From contig DASSXV010000034.1 in NCBI GenBank assembly GCA_035703635.1, forward strand, positions 1-63,037: a stretch of DNA of 63,037 bases, read 5' to 3'. Origin of the DNA: Trueperaceae bacterium. GTDB taxonomy: Bacteria; Deinococcota; Deinococci; Deinococcales; Trueperaceae. The notes beneath the pieces are model-generated. The model made no database searches, had not been told where the DNA came from, and saw only the letters and a program-made list of their open reading frames with translations. Positions 46,917 to 56,637 of the stretch are shown here, piece by piece. The translations under genes were made by a program, and so were the position numbers. The first letter of the stretch is position 1. Each line of letters starts with the position of its first letter.

Positions 46917-47342
46917 ATGCCAAGACATCTCACCACTACCGTCCACCACCTAGTAGGTCTACGTTTCGTTGCCGAGACGCCGGAAGGTCAGCGCGTGATG
47001 ATCGACAACGAGAAGCACGCACGCACGGGTCCAAGCCCGATGCAGCTCCTGCTAGGCGCGACGGCCGCCTGCGCCGCCATGGACATCGTCAACATGCTAG
47101 GTAAGCGCAAGCTGACCATCAACAGTTACCGGATTGAGATGACCGGCGAGCGCCCGGACGCCACCCCCGCCCCGTTCGAGCACATCGTCGCGCGGCACGT
47201 GTTCGACGTGCCTGGCCTCGACGAGGCCACCGCCCAGCGCTTCGTTCAACTAGCTACTGAGAAGTACTGCTCGGTCGGCTTCAGCCTCAAAGCGAGCATC
47301 GAGTACCAGGTGGAGCTGGAAGCGGCGCAGCCGCCTGCTTGA
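46917..47342 (+). CDS. OsmC/YhfA-like protein
   Basis: Motifs GPSPMQLLL..ACAAMD and EKYCSV. Confidence 0.88.
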   Translation: MPRHLTTTVHHLVGLRFVAETPEGQRVMIDNEKHARTGPSPMQLLLGATAACAAMDIVNMLGKRKLTINSYRIEMTGERPDATPAPFEHIVARHVFDVPGLDEATAQRFVQLATEKYCSVGFSLKASIEYQVELEAAQPPA

Positions 47343-47355
47343 CGCGGCGCTTGGC

Positions 47356-47607
47356 CTAGGCCTGCAGAGGGCCGCGGCCCGGCACCGGTTCGGGGCCAGA
47401 CGCGCCAGCCACGGCGGCTGAGAAGCCGGTCTGTAGGCCCATCAGGTACGAGAGCTTGAGAATGAACTCGATGGTGTCTGCGTCGTTGGCAGCGACTAGG
47501 TCCTCGATGAACTCCGTGGTGCCTTCTGGCAGCGCAACGGCCTCGATCTGTTCGGCGTGCCGCTCACGCATCTCTGCTAGGAAGCGCTCGATCATCTCCT
47601 TGTTCAT
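47356..47607 (-). CDS. ddrH: Small acidic protein resembling Deinococcus DdrH
   Basis: 83 aa; LPEG...DLV...[13 protein letters not shown] and terminal LQA match my recollection of DdrH (not verified); ATGA overlap with mgsA. Confidence 0.55.
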   Translation of the reverse strand: MNKEMIERFLAEMRERHAEQIEAVALPEGTTEFIEDLVAANDADTIEFILKLSYLMGLQTGFSAAVAGASGPEPVPGRGPLQA

Positions 47608-48047
47608 TGGGTAGTGGCTCCGTCCAGGTGCTCGCCCTCCATGGCGGCGTACTCGTCGAGCTCGGCGGGGTTGGCCAGCAGCGTTTCCAGCCACGCTACG
47701 ACGGCCTCGGCCGTCGCCAAGTTCGTGGCAAGCGGGACGCTATGAACGTCGCAGATGCGTAGCAACGCCGAGATGTCGGGTTCGTGCGGTTGCGCCGTTA
47801 ACGGGTCGCGGAAGAAGATGACGGCGAGCACCGCCTCGTCCGTGATGCGCGCACCCACCTGCAAGTCGCCGCCAAGCGGCCCAGACGCGAGGCGTTCGAT
47901 GTCAAGGTTGGTGCGCTCCATGAGCACGCGGCCAGTCGTGCCTGTCGCGATGAGCGGGAAGTGCGCGAGGGTAGCCGCGTGATCCGCGGCGAACGCCGCG
48001 AGGTCGGGCTTCTTCTGATCGTGTGCGATGAGGGCCACGGACTTCAT
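47604..48047 (-). CDS. mgsA: Methylglyoxal synthase
   Basis: Motifs [36 protein letters not shown]. Confidence 0.96.
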   Translation of the reverse strand: MKSVALIAHDQKKPDLAAFAADHAATLAHFPLIATGTTGRVLMERTNLDIERLASGPLGGDLQVGARITDEAVLAVIFFRDPLTAQPHEPDISALLRICDVHSVPLATNLATAEAVVAWLETLLANPAELDEYAAMEGEHLDGATTQ

Positions 48048-48123
48048 CCATCAAGTCTAGTGCCTGGCGTAGGGATAATCCGCGCCTAAGGCGCACGAGG
48101 GCGCTTAGGTACAATCGTGGACG

Positions 48124-49740
48124 ATGGAAGTCGCGATAGTAGTGGCCGCAGCCTTAGGGACCTTGGCCATCGTCAGCACCCGCTTGAGCCAACGGTTCGG
48201 CGTTCCGGCGCTCGTGCTGTTCGTTGGCGTCGGCATGCTGGCCGGCTCAAGTGGGCCGCTCGGGATCGTGTTCGACGACTTCACCCTCAGCTACAACATC
48301 GGGGTGGTGGCACTTGCCATCATCCTGTACTCGGGTGGGCTCGACACGCGCATGCGGCTCTTCCGCGTCTCCGTCGTGCCTGCCTCGGCGTTAGCCACGT
48401 TCGGGACGCTGCTCACCATGATCTTCATCGGGCTGGCGGCCTACTACCTCACCGACCTCGACTTCCCGACGAGCATGCTGCTCGGGGCGGTCATCTCGAG
48501 CACCGACGCTGCCGCCGTGTTCAGCTCCCTCAAGGGCCGCGGACTACCGAAGCGACTGCGCGGCACCCTCGAGACGGAGTCAGGCACGAACGACCCGATG
48601 GCGGTGCTACTCACCCTAGCGCTCGCGCAGGCCATCACGCAGAACCAAGGCATCAACTACTTGGCGATCGCGGGAAACATCGTCCTCGAGCTAGCGATCG
48701 GCGCCGTTCTCGGCCTCGCGTTCGGCTGGCTGCTGCAGCTCCTAGTCAACAAGGTCGCGCTAGACAACGTAGGCCTCTACCCGATGCTGGCGCTATCCGG
48801 CGGCCTACTCGCCTTCGGCCTAACCGCGTTGGCGCACGGCAACGGCTACCTGGCCATCTATCTCGTCGGGTTGGTGCTCGGCAACAACCATCTGGCGCAG
48901 CGCCTCGCCATCGTCAACTTCATGGACGGTGCCGCCTGGGGCGCTCAGCTCGTGATGTTCATGGTCATGGGCTTGCTCGTCTTCCCCGAGCAGTTGGGGC
49001 CGATCCTCGGCGTGGCCTTACTGATAACGGGTGCCACCATGTTCATCGCCAGGCCGCTGGCCGTGACCATCACGCTTGGCGTCCTGCGCTGGCTCTCGCG
49101 TGGGCGCTTCAGCTTCAGCCCCAAGGAGCAGGTCCTGCTCACCTGGGCGGGGCTGAAGGGCGCCGTGCCGATCGTCTTGGCGATGGTGCCGCTCATGCAC
49201 AGGGTGCCTGGGGCCGACGTCATCTTCAACATCGTGTTCGTCGTCGTGATCGTCGGAACGTTGTTGCAGGGGTTCACGCTGTCACCGCTGGCGCACTGGT
49301 TGGGGCTCGCCGTGAGCGAGCCTCCACGGGCTAAGTTGCGGCTCGAGCTCGGGGGTGAGGCGCCGGACGGCGCCGCCGTCCTCGACGTGTTCCTCAGGCC
49401 GGACAACCGCGCCGTCGGGAAGCGCATCGCTGAGCTTGCCTTGCCGCCCGAGGTCGTGATCGCCGCGGTGCTGAGGCGCGGGCAGCTCGTTACGCCCCGC
49501 GGGAGCACCGTGTTCGAGGCAGGCGACCACGTCTACCTGATCGGGGCGCACATGCACGAGGACCACGTGCCGTTAGCGTTCGGCCGTAACAAGAGGACCG
49601 TCCCGCGCGGCAAGCGCCAAGCGAACGAAGCCGTGGCGCCAACGGTCGAGCCCGGCCCTGAGGTCACGGAAACGCCACTCACGGCTCCCAAGCCTGCACC
49701 AGTGGCGACCGCCGCCGATGGGTCCGCCAGCGACAGCTGA
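48124..49740 (+). CDS. cvrA: K+/H+ antiporter (CPA1, NhaP2/CvrA type) with TrkA-C domain
   Basis: Motifs SSTDAAAVFS, ESGTNDPMA, GNGYLAIY, WAGLKGAVPI, PRGSTVFEAGD. Confidence 0.87.
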   Translation: MEVAIVVAAALGTLAIVSTRLSQRFGVPALVLFVGVGMLAGSSGPLGIVFDDFTLSYNIGVVALAIILYSGGLDTRMRLFRVSVVPASALATFGTLLTMIFIGLAAYYLTDLDFPTSMLLGAVISSTDAAAVFSSLKGRGLPKRLRGTLETESGTNDPMAVLLTLALAQAITQNQGINYLAIAGNIVLELAIGAVLGLAFGWLLQLLVNKVALDNVGLYPMLALSGGLLAFGLTALAHGNGYLAIYLVGLVLGNNHLAQRLAIVNFMDGAAWGAQLVMFMVMGLLVFPEQLGPILGVALLITGATMFIARPLAVTITLGVLRWLSRGRFSFSPKEQVLLTWAGLKGAVPIVLAMVPLMHRVPGADVIFNIVFVVVIVGTLLQGFTLSPLAHWLGLAVSEPPRAKLRLELGGEAPDGAAVLDVFLRPDNRAVGKRIAELALPPEVVIAAVLRRGQLVTPRGSTVFEAGDHVYLIGAHMHEDHVPLAFGRNKRTVPRGKRQANEAVAPTVEPGPEVTETPLTAPKPAPVATAADGSASDS

Positions 49741-49754
49741 AGCGCGCCGCGGTG

Positions 49755-51350
49755 CTAGGGGCGAGGCGTCGAGTGCTCGCTCGGCACTACGAAGCTAACG
49801 CGGGTTCCGGGTTGAGCTTGCGCTAGGGCCGCCAGGTCGCCGCGCTCTACGACGCCAACGACGGGGTAACCGCCGGTGCGCCCACGGTCGGCGAGCAGCA
49901 CTAGGGGGCGGCCGTCCGGCGGTAACTGCACTGCCCCGAGCGGCATGCCCGTCGAGGAGATGGCGGGGACCGCGCAAGAGACTTGCATGTCAGCGCGCGC
50001 GAACTCGAGGCGCACGCCCATGCGGCTCCGTTCGCTCACGACGAAACCTTGCGTTTGCAGCATGGCGAAGGCCGCCACCTCGTGGTGCGGTCCGGGGTGC
50101 AGGCGCAGGGCCAACTCACGGGAGTAGTGGCCGAGGGCCGCGCCCTGCGCTGGCGGGCCGGACGGTTGGGTGGCCTGGGCCAGCACGTCGCCTGGCCGCA
50201 ACCAGCGTCCGAAGCCGCCAACGCGTCCGCGCACGTCTGTCGAGCCGCCGCTAGCGAGGCGCGGGTGGCCTACTGCGCCGCCTAGCGGCACCAACCCCCC
50301 GGCCACAGCGAGTAGGGGTACGCCCGCGAGTTGCCGCGGCCCAGAGGCCGGGGGCGTCAGTTCGAGGATCGCTCCCGCCCGCCAAGTGAAGACCGCGCCA
50401 GGCTCGAGCTCGCGGCCAGCGAGGCGCGCCGCCGCCGCCCCGCCGAACACGGCGAGCGTGGTGCGTTCGGCTCGCAGGCGGGCGTGTGGCACGGTGAACT
50501 CAAGACTGGCATGCGTCAGGGGTGCGCCGACCACGTAGCTGAGGGCGAGGAGCAGCCGTTGATCGAGCGCGCCCGCGTCCGCCAGGCCGTAGCGGCCGAC
50601 CCCTGGCCGCGGTCGCCCCTGAAGTGAAGCAGATGTCGGCCAGACGTCTAGGACGCTTAGGAGCGCTTCGCGCTGCAGCGGGTCGGTTAGGTGCTGGCGT
50701 GGCGGCGCCGTCGGGTTGCTGGGCGGCAGGAGCTTGGCTGGCACGAAACGTAACTCATCACCGGCGCTCAGGGTCGTCGGCTCGGAGCGGTTAGGGTCGA
50801 ACAACCTGAACGCCGTCCTGCCGAGCACCCACCAACCGCCAGGGCCGGCGCTGGGGTACACGCCGGCCTGGCCGCCAGCGATGGCGACGGCGCCGGCAGG
50901 CACGTCGAGCCGTGGGCGCTCGCGGCGCGGTGTGGCAAGGCGCGGGTCGAGGCCGTGCAGGTAAGGGAAACCCGGTGTGAAGCCAAGGTACGCAACGGAG
51001 TAGCTGGGGGCGCGATGCAGCGCCACGATCTCTGGCCATGCGAGGCCAAGGCGCTCGGTCAGCGCGTCAGCGTCCGCCTGAGCGCCGTAGACGACCGGTA
51101 CCTCGAACTGCTTTGGCGTCGGCTCGGAGCCCGCGGCGCCGGCGGCGGCGGCAAGGAGTTGCGCTTCTGCGTTCGCTAGGCGACCCTCGACCAGGATGTC
51201 GGTATGGCCCGGTACGACGTCGCAGCCCTTGTCAGGCAGCGCCGCCCTGATCGCGGCGGCCGCGGCCGTTAGCCGCCGCGAGAGCTGCGGGGTCGGGGTC
51301 TCGTCGAACGCTAGGTAGCGCGCGTTAGGACCCGCCCGCACGATGCGCAT
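49755..51350 (-). CDS. 5-oxoprolinase subunit B/C fusion (PxpB-PxpC)
   Basis: PxpB motifs GFTPGFPYL, VPAGAVAIAG, PGGW; PxpC motifs SRMGVRL, GAVQLPPDG, TGGYP. Confidence 0.85.
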   Translation of the reverse strand: MRIVRAGPNARYLAFDETPTPQLSRRLTAAAAAIRAALPDKGCDVVPGHTDILVEGRLANAEAQLLAAAAGAAGSEPTPKQFEVPVVYGAQADADALTERLGLAWPEIVALHRAPSYSVAYLGFTPGFPYLHGLDPRLATPRRERPRLDVPAGAVAIAGGQAGVYPSAGPGGWWVLGRTAFRLFDPNRSEPTTLSAGDELRFVPAKLLPPSNPTAPPRQHLTDPLQREALLSVLDVWPTSASLQGRPRPGVGRYGLADAGALDQRLLLALSYVVGAPLTHASLEFTVPHARLRAERTTLAVFGGAAAARLAGRELEPGAVFTWRAGAILELTPPASGPRQLAGVPLLAVAGGLVPLGGAVGHPRLASGGSTDVRGRVGGFGRWLRPGDVLAQATQPSGPPAQGAALGHYSRELALRLHPGPHHEVAAFAMLQTQGFVVSERSRMGVRLEFARADMQVSCAVPAISSTGMPLGAVQLPPDGRPLVLLADRGRTGGYPVVGVVERGDLAALAQAQPGTRVSFVVPSEHSTPRP

Positions 51351-51352
51351 GC

Positions 51353-52120
51353 TCAGCTCGGCGCCCGCACCTGGATGCCGGCAGCGGTCAACTGCCTGCG
51401 TGCGGCCCCCGCAAGCTCGGCTGCTCCGGGCGTGTCCGAGTGGAAGCAGATGGTGTCGACCTGTAACTCCAACGTGGTGCCGTCGCTCGTGAGGAACGGG
51501 CTGCCGGTCGCCAGCGCCATGGCCTGAGCCGTCGTGGCGGCAACGTCCTCGAGGACTGCGCCCGCGCGCCTGCGGGGTGCGAGTTGCCCGCCTGCTAGGT
51601 ACGCGCGGTCCGCGAAACCCTCCCTGAGGAACGCGTGCCCCGCGCCCGCCAAGGCCGAGGTGGCGGCCGAGCCGGCTGGCAGCACGAGGCGTAAGCGGGG
51701 GTCCAGGCTAGCCAGTGCCATGGCGAGGCCGAGCGCAAGCGCCGGGTCCGCCGCCACAGCCTCGTACATGGCGCCGTGCGGCTTGACGTGCGTTACGCGC
51801 GTGCCGAGCAAGCGCGCCACGGCCTGCAGGGCGCCGACTTGATAGATGACGTCATCGATGACGCGCTCTGAAGGCAAGAGCATCGGCACGCGACCGAAGC
51901 CGCGCACGTCGGGGTAGGACGGGTGCGCGCCGACGGCAACGCCAGCTAGGGCGCAGGCGGCGACGGTAGCGCGCATGATGCTCGGATCGCCAGCGTGAAA
52001 GCCGCACGCGACGTTGGCTGAAGTGACCACGTCAAGCAGTGGACCGTCGCTGCCTGCGCCGCGCCACTCGCCGAACCCCTCGCCAACGTCAGCGTTCAAG
52101 TCGATGACCACGGTCCTCAT
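51353..52120 (-). CDS. pxpA: 5-oxoprolinase subunit A (LamB/YcsF)
   Basis: Motifs IDLNADVGE, SANVACGFHAGDP, GAHPSYPD, HVKPHGA, EGFADRAY, ICFHSD. Confidence 0.92.
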   Translation of the reverse strand: MRTVVIDLNADVGEGFGEWRGAGSDGPLLDVVTSANVACGFHAGDPSIMRATVAACALAGVAVGAHPSYPDVRGFGRVPMLLPSERVIDDVIYQVGALQAVARLLGTRVTHVKPHGAMYEAVAADPALALGLAMALASLDPRLRLVLPAGSAATSALAGAGHAFLREGFADRAYLAGGQLAPRRRAGAVLEDVAATTAQAMALATGSPFLTSDGTTLELQVDTICFHSDTPGAAELAGAARRQLTAAGIQVRAPS

Positions 52121-52161
52121 GCTACCGCCCTGCGCCGCCGCGGCCGCTGCCGGGCCGGCGC

Positions 52162-54027
52162 CTAGCCCCAGTCGGCCAGGTAGATCAGGGCGGCTGACGA
52201 CCAGGCTTGGGGTCGACATGCGGCCGGGTATGGGATCGGTGGCGAGTCGGAACGTTGGTAGCCGGCGACGAGCTCGGGGGGACGCAGGTCGGGCTGGCTG
52301 GCGGCCAAGTCGAAGAGCGCGTCGCGCAAGCGGTCAGCTTCGGCATCGAAGCCGTAGCGTTTCAAACCTGCCGCTATCAGCGCGGTGTCGTGCGGCCACA
52401 CGGAGCCGTTGTGGTAGCTCAGTGGGTTGTAGCGCAGCTCGCCGCTGGCGAGGGTGCGGATGCCCCAGCCCGAGAAGAGCCGGTCGCTCATGAGGGTCGC
52501 CGCCAGGGTTGGAGCTACTTCGTCCGGCACGATGCCGCTCCATAGGAGCTGGCCGGCGTCGGACGCCAGCACCTCAAGTGGACGCTTGTCGTGATCGAGC
52601 GCCAGGGCGTAACTACCTAGCCAAGGCACCCAGAACGTCTCGTGGAACCGCTGTTTGAAGACGCGCGCGCGCTCAGCCAAGCGCGCGGCCTCGGGTTCGC
52701 GGCCGAGCACCCGCAAGCACGTCGCCGCCGCCATGAGGGCCGCGTATGCGTACCCCTGCACCTCGGAGACGGCTACCGCGCCGCTAGCCAGGCGTCCATC
52801 GGCGTGGCTGAGGGCGTCATGCGAGTCCTTCCATGACTGAACCGTGAGGCCCTCTCCTGGCTTGGAGCCAGCGAACTCGACGAAACCGTCGCCGTCGAGG
52901 TCGGCTTCGTGGTCGAGCCAGCCGAGTGCGGCGTCTAGGTTAGGCGCCAGCTCGAGCAGCAGCGCCGGGTCCTGCTCGACCGCGAAGGTGCGCTCCAGGA
53001 GGATCATGAAGAGGAGCGTGGCGTCGATGGTGCCGTAATAGCGGCCGAACGGCACCTTGCCTGTGCGGGCCAACTCGCCCTGCCGCACCTCATGCAGGAT
53101 CTTCCCTGGCGCCTCAGCGCGTCCGGCGTCGCGCACCTTGCCCTGTCTGGCCGCGAGGTAACGCAACGTGCCTTTCGCGACGGCCGGATGGTGCGGCAGG
53201 AGCATCAAGGCCGTTAGCAGCGAGTCGCGGCCGAACGCGGTCACGAACCACGGGATGCCTGCGGCGGGCAACGGCCCGGCCGCTGAGAAGAGCAGCAACG
53301 CGCGTAAGTCGAGTTCGGCGCGGCGCAGCACCGCCGCTTGACTAGCCCGCTGGTGAGGTGGGAAGCCCTTGAGCCACTCGTCGTAAGGCAAGCCGGGCGG
53401 GGAGTCCTCAAGGGGGTCGTGGAGGGCCGCGCGCACCTTGATCTCGGTGGTCGCGCCTGGCGCGAGCGCCACGCGGTAGGTGGCGCCGTTACTCGTTAGC
53501 TCCGCCGGTGTGGGCGTGAACGTCAGGCTGATCCCCTGCTCGAGCCCGTCGCTCGCGACGTGGTCGATGCGCACGCTGTTCGCCTCCACCGCTAGGGCGT
53601 GCGTCACGGGCGACGCGGGGCGTTCATGCCACCCGCGCGCCTGAAACAGGTCGGCGAAGTCGGCGGCGAACTCCAGCCGCAGCTCGAGCTGCTGCGGCTC
53701 GAGCGAGTCGTTGGTGACGACGATGGCGTCGTCCAGCCGCGCCGCCGCCACGCTAAGCCGGCGCTGCAAGGAGAGGACCTGAGTAGGGCCCTCGATGATC
53801 GCCAAATGCTGGTTAAGTTGATCTGGGCGAGGTGAATGGTTGAGGAGCTGCTGGGCCGGCCGGTCGAAGCGCCACATGTAGCGTGAGAGGTAGCGCGTGT
53901 CGCGGCTGTAGAGCCCACGTTCCCCGCCGCCGATCTCCGCCACCTCGTCAGCTACCAAGAAGGTGTAGTTCTCTTTCAGAACGAGGTTCTTGGTGAAGTC
54001 GACCGATGCGATCTCGGTGAGTGTCAT
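52162..54027 (-). CDS. Amylo-alpha-1,6-glucosidase-like glycoside hydrolase (glycogen-debranching N-domain plus (alpha/alpha)6 domain)
   Basis: Motifs AGIPWFVTAFGRDS, PGKILHE, YYGTIDAT, QSWKDS, YHNGSVWPHD, PQAWS. Confidence 0.85.
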   Translation of the reverse strand: MTLTEIASVDFTKNLVLKENYTFLVADEVAEIGGGERGLYSRDTRYLSRYMWRFDRPAQQLLNHSPRPDQLNQHLAIIEGPTQVLSLQRRLSVAAARLDDAIVVTNDSLEPQQLELRLEFAADFADLFQARGWHERPASPVTHALAVEANSVRIDHVASDGLEQGISLTFTPTPAELTSNGATYRVALAPGATTEIKVRAALHDPLEDSPPGLPYDEWLKGFPPHQRASQAAVLRRAELDLRALLLFSAAGPLPAAGIPWFVTAFGRDSLLTALMLLPHHPAVAKGTLRYLAARQGKVRDAGRAEAPGKILHEVRQGELARTGKVPFGRYYGTIDATLLFMILLERTFAVEQDPALLLELAPNLDAALGWLDHEADLDGDGFVEFAGSKPGEGLTVQSWKDSHDALSHADGRLASGAVAVSEVQGYAYAALMAAATCLRVLGREPEAARLAERARVFKQRFHETFWVPWLGSYALALDHDKRPLEVLASDAGQLLWSGIVPDEVAPTLAATLMSDRLFSGWGIRTLASGELRYNPLSYHNGSVWPHDTALIAAGLKRYGFDAEADRLRDALFDLAASQPDLRPPELVAGYQRSDSPPIPYPAACRPQAWSSAALIYLADWG

Positions 54028-55427
54028 TCCTTGCCGCCTCCGTAGGTGACGCCCTCCATGAAGTAGCGCTGGAACACGATGAAGAGCACGATGACGGGCA
54101 GGGCGCTGAGGATGGCGCCCGCCAGGATCAGTCCCCAGTCGCCGCTGTTGCCGTAGACGTTGCGGAACGTGAGCAGGCCGATGGGCAGCGTCTTGATGTC
54201 CTCCGGCGTTGTCAACACTGCGAGTGGCCAGAAGAAGTCGTTCCATGCGCCCTGGAACGACAGGATTATCAACGCGCCGAGGGCGGGGCGCGCCATCGGT
54301 AGCACGACGCGCGAGAAGCGCGACCAGTAGCTGGCGCCGTCCATCATGGCCGACTCCTCCACCTCGCGCGGGATGGACTCGAAGAACTGCTTCATGATGA
54401 ACACGGGACCGGCGTTGAGGGCCGTGACGAAGAGGAGCCCGGGGAGGCTGTTGAGCAGCGTGGCTTGCCCCCAGAGGGAGGACAGGCCCCAGATGCCGTC
54501 GCGCAGCACGAGGTAGTTGCTGATGAACAGGACCTGCATCGGCACCATCTGCGCGAAGAGGACTAGCAGGAACATCAGGTTGCGGCCAGGGAAGCGCAGG
54601 CGCGCGAGGGCGTAACCAGCGGTGGTGGCTATGAAGAGCGTTACGACGACCCTGAAGAAGGCGTACACGAACGTGTTCCAGGTCCAGCGCATGAAGAGGC
54701 TGTCGCCGGTGGTCACGCTGCGCGCCTCCGTGAACACGCGGCGGTAGTTGCCGAGGAGGTAACCGAGGGCGCCCGGAGTTACGGCTTGGAAGGAGGCCAC
54801 TAGGCCTAGGCGCTCGAGCCTGGTCGGCGGCAGCGTGCTGCTAACGAACTCGATGGCGCGTGAGGCGGACTCGACGTCTAGTGGCAGGCGGTCGACTTTG
54901 GGCCCGGCGCCCGGATAGGTGACGGTCACGCGGTAGGTGACGAACTCGCCAGCTTGGGCGTCTGCGCCGTGCACGCCAGCGCGCCGCCCCACCTCGACGA
55001 CCGGCGCCACCACGGCGTAGTCGGCCGCGTAGTCGATCTGCTGCACGGCGCCGAGACCGCCGCCCGGCCGCCGCCGCGGGACCGTAGCCGTCGGCGCAGC
55101 GGCTTCAGTGCCTTGCGGGACGAAGTAGGTGAGTTCGACGTTGACGTTCGCGCCGGGAGCGAAACCGCCCCACAGCGGCGCCTTGGCGCCCTCGCGCCCC
55201 AGCTTGGCGGCCGCCGCCCAGTTGGCTGGGGCGAGCTGCGGGCTTAGGAGCGTCGGCGGGTACCCGAGCGGGTCGGTCTTGACGCTGGACAACGCCGCGA
55301 ACAGTAGGGGGCCAAGGAAGAGGAGCGAGAAGAGGATGAGGAGCAGGTACGCGAAGCCGGCGCGCGCCCAGCGCCGCTGCGCCTCCCAGCGCTCGCGCTC
55401 CTGCCGCATGGCGGCGCTGGCGCTCAT
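54024..55427 (-). CDS. Carbohydrate ABC permease with a large extracytoplasmic insertion
   Basis: Motifs FIMKQFFESIPREVEESAMMDGA, WNDFFWP; 467 aa with a long soluble segment after TM1. Confidence 0.88.
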   Translation of the reverse strand: MSASAAMRQERERWEAQRRWARAGFAYLLLILFSLLFLGPLLFAALSSVKTDPLGYPPTLLSPQLAPANWAAAAKLGREGAKAPLWGGFAPGANVNVELTYFVPQGTEAAAPTATVPRRRPGGGLGAVQQIDYAADYAVVAPVVEVGRRAGVHGADAQAGEFVTYRVTVTYPGAGPKVDRLPLDVESASRAIEFVSSTLPPTRLERLGLVASFQAVTPGALGYLLGNYRRVFTEARSVTTGDSLFMRWTWNTFVYAFFRVVVTLFIATTAGYALARLRFPGRNLMFLLVLFAQMVPMQVLFISNYLVLRDGIWGLSSLWGQATLLNSLPGLLFVTALNAGPVFIMKQFFESIPREVEESAMMDGASYWSRFSRVVLPMARPALGALIILSFQGAWNDFFWPLAVLTTPEDIKTLPIGLLTFRNVYGNSGDWGLILAGAILSALPVIVLFIVFQRYFMEGVTYGGGKE

Positions 55428-56566
55428 CGTTCCCCCTCGGCTCGCAAGACGGTCCGTTGCAGCGTGACGATGATGAGCGTCAGTAGCGCCAAGAACATGG
55501 CCGCGGCTGAAGCGAACCCGACCTCCGGCAGTTGCGCGCCAGGGAACATGCGGTTGTAGACGAAGTACGCGAGCGTGATGACGCTCTGCAGCGGCACCGA
55601 ACTTCCGAAGATGGCGACCTGGTCGAACATCTGCAACGTGCCGATGAGGCCGAGGGTGACGACGAGGAACGTCACTGGCTGAAGTGCGGGCACGGTGACG
55701 TAGAAGAACTGCTGAACTGAGTTGGCGCCGTCGAGGGCGGCGGCTTCGTACTGCGAGCGCGGCACGTCCTGCATGGCGGCAAGGAACATCAGCATGTAAG
55801 TAGGGATGGTGGTGAAGATGTTCTGGAACATGATCGCCGCGAGCGGCAGCGGCACGCGCAGCCAGAACGGGAAGCTAGCGGGCACTTCCTGCCGCGTCTG
55901 CAGCCAGTTGATGGCCACGTTCTGGACCTCGCGCGGGGCGAGGTAGCCGAGGAGGGCGAGGGCCGTGGTGACGATGATCGCCGCGACTAGCGCCACGGCG
56001 AGGAGGGCAGGGTCGAGGAGGCTCACCGTGCGCTGCTGGCCCGCGCCGCGCAGCCGCCGCCGCAGGCGCCAGCGCTCCACCACGACCTGGAGGCCTTGAG
56101 CTAGGACCATGACGATCACGAACGTGAGGATGATAGGGGCGTTGCGGGACACCGCGGTGATCAGGTAGTTGATCCCGCCGAGGCGTTGGAAGAGCCACAG
56201 GAAGATAAGGGTGATGACCACGCTGCTCGTTACGGCTGGCATGTAGAACGCGGAGCGGAAGAACGTCATGCCGCGTACGCGCCGGTTCACGGCTGAGGCG
56301 CTAAGCAGCGCGCCGATCGTCTGGAACGTGGTCACGATCGCGGCGAACAGCAGGGAGTTGCGCAGCGCCGTCAAGAAGCGGTCGTCTGAGAACAGGGCGC
56401 GGTAGTTGGCGAGGCCAACCCACTGCGGGGCGTTGAACAGGTCGTAGTCGGTGAACGAGAAGTAGACGGCCCGCACGCCCGCGTAGACGAAGAAGACGGC
56501 GAGGACGAGCAGGAACGGTAGCAGGAACATGAGCGCCGGCAGGAACTCGCGGCCTCTCGCACGCAC
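55424..56566 (-). CDS. Carbohydrate ABC permease with additional TM segments
   Basis: Motifs YEAAALDGAN, LIGTLQMFDQ. Confidence 0.88.
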   Translation of the reverse strand: MRARGREFLPALMFLLPFLLVLAVFFVYAGVRAVYFSFTDYDLFNAPQWVGLANYRALFSDDRFLTALRNSLLFAAIVTTFQTIGALLSASAVNRRVRGMTFFRSAFYMPAVTSSVVITLIFLWLFQRLGGINYLITAVSRNAPIILTFVIVMVLAQGLQVVVERWRLRRRLRGAGQQRTVSLLDPALLAVALVAAIIVTTALALLGYLAPREVQNVAINWLQTRQEVPASFPFWLRVPLPLAAIMFQNIFTTIPTYMLMFLAAMQDVPRSQYEAAALDGANSVQQFFYVTVPALQPVTFLVVTLGLIGTLQMFDQVAIFGSSVPLQSVITLAYFVYNRMFPGAQLPEVGFASAAAMFLALLTLIIVTLQRTVLRAEGER

Positions 56567-56589
56567 GGTGGTTCTCCCCTCGCCGTGGT

Positions 56590-56613
56590 GGGGAGGCGCC
56601 GTGGCGCCTCCCC
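56590..56613 (-). terminator. Stem-loop after the binding-protein gene
   Basis: GGGGAGGCGCC / GGCGCCTCCCC inverted repeat. Confidence 0.5.
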
Positions 56614-56637
56614 CGGTTCACGGTCATGCCGCTAGGG

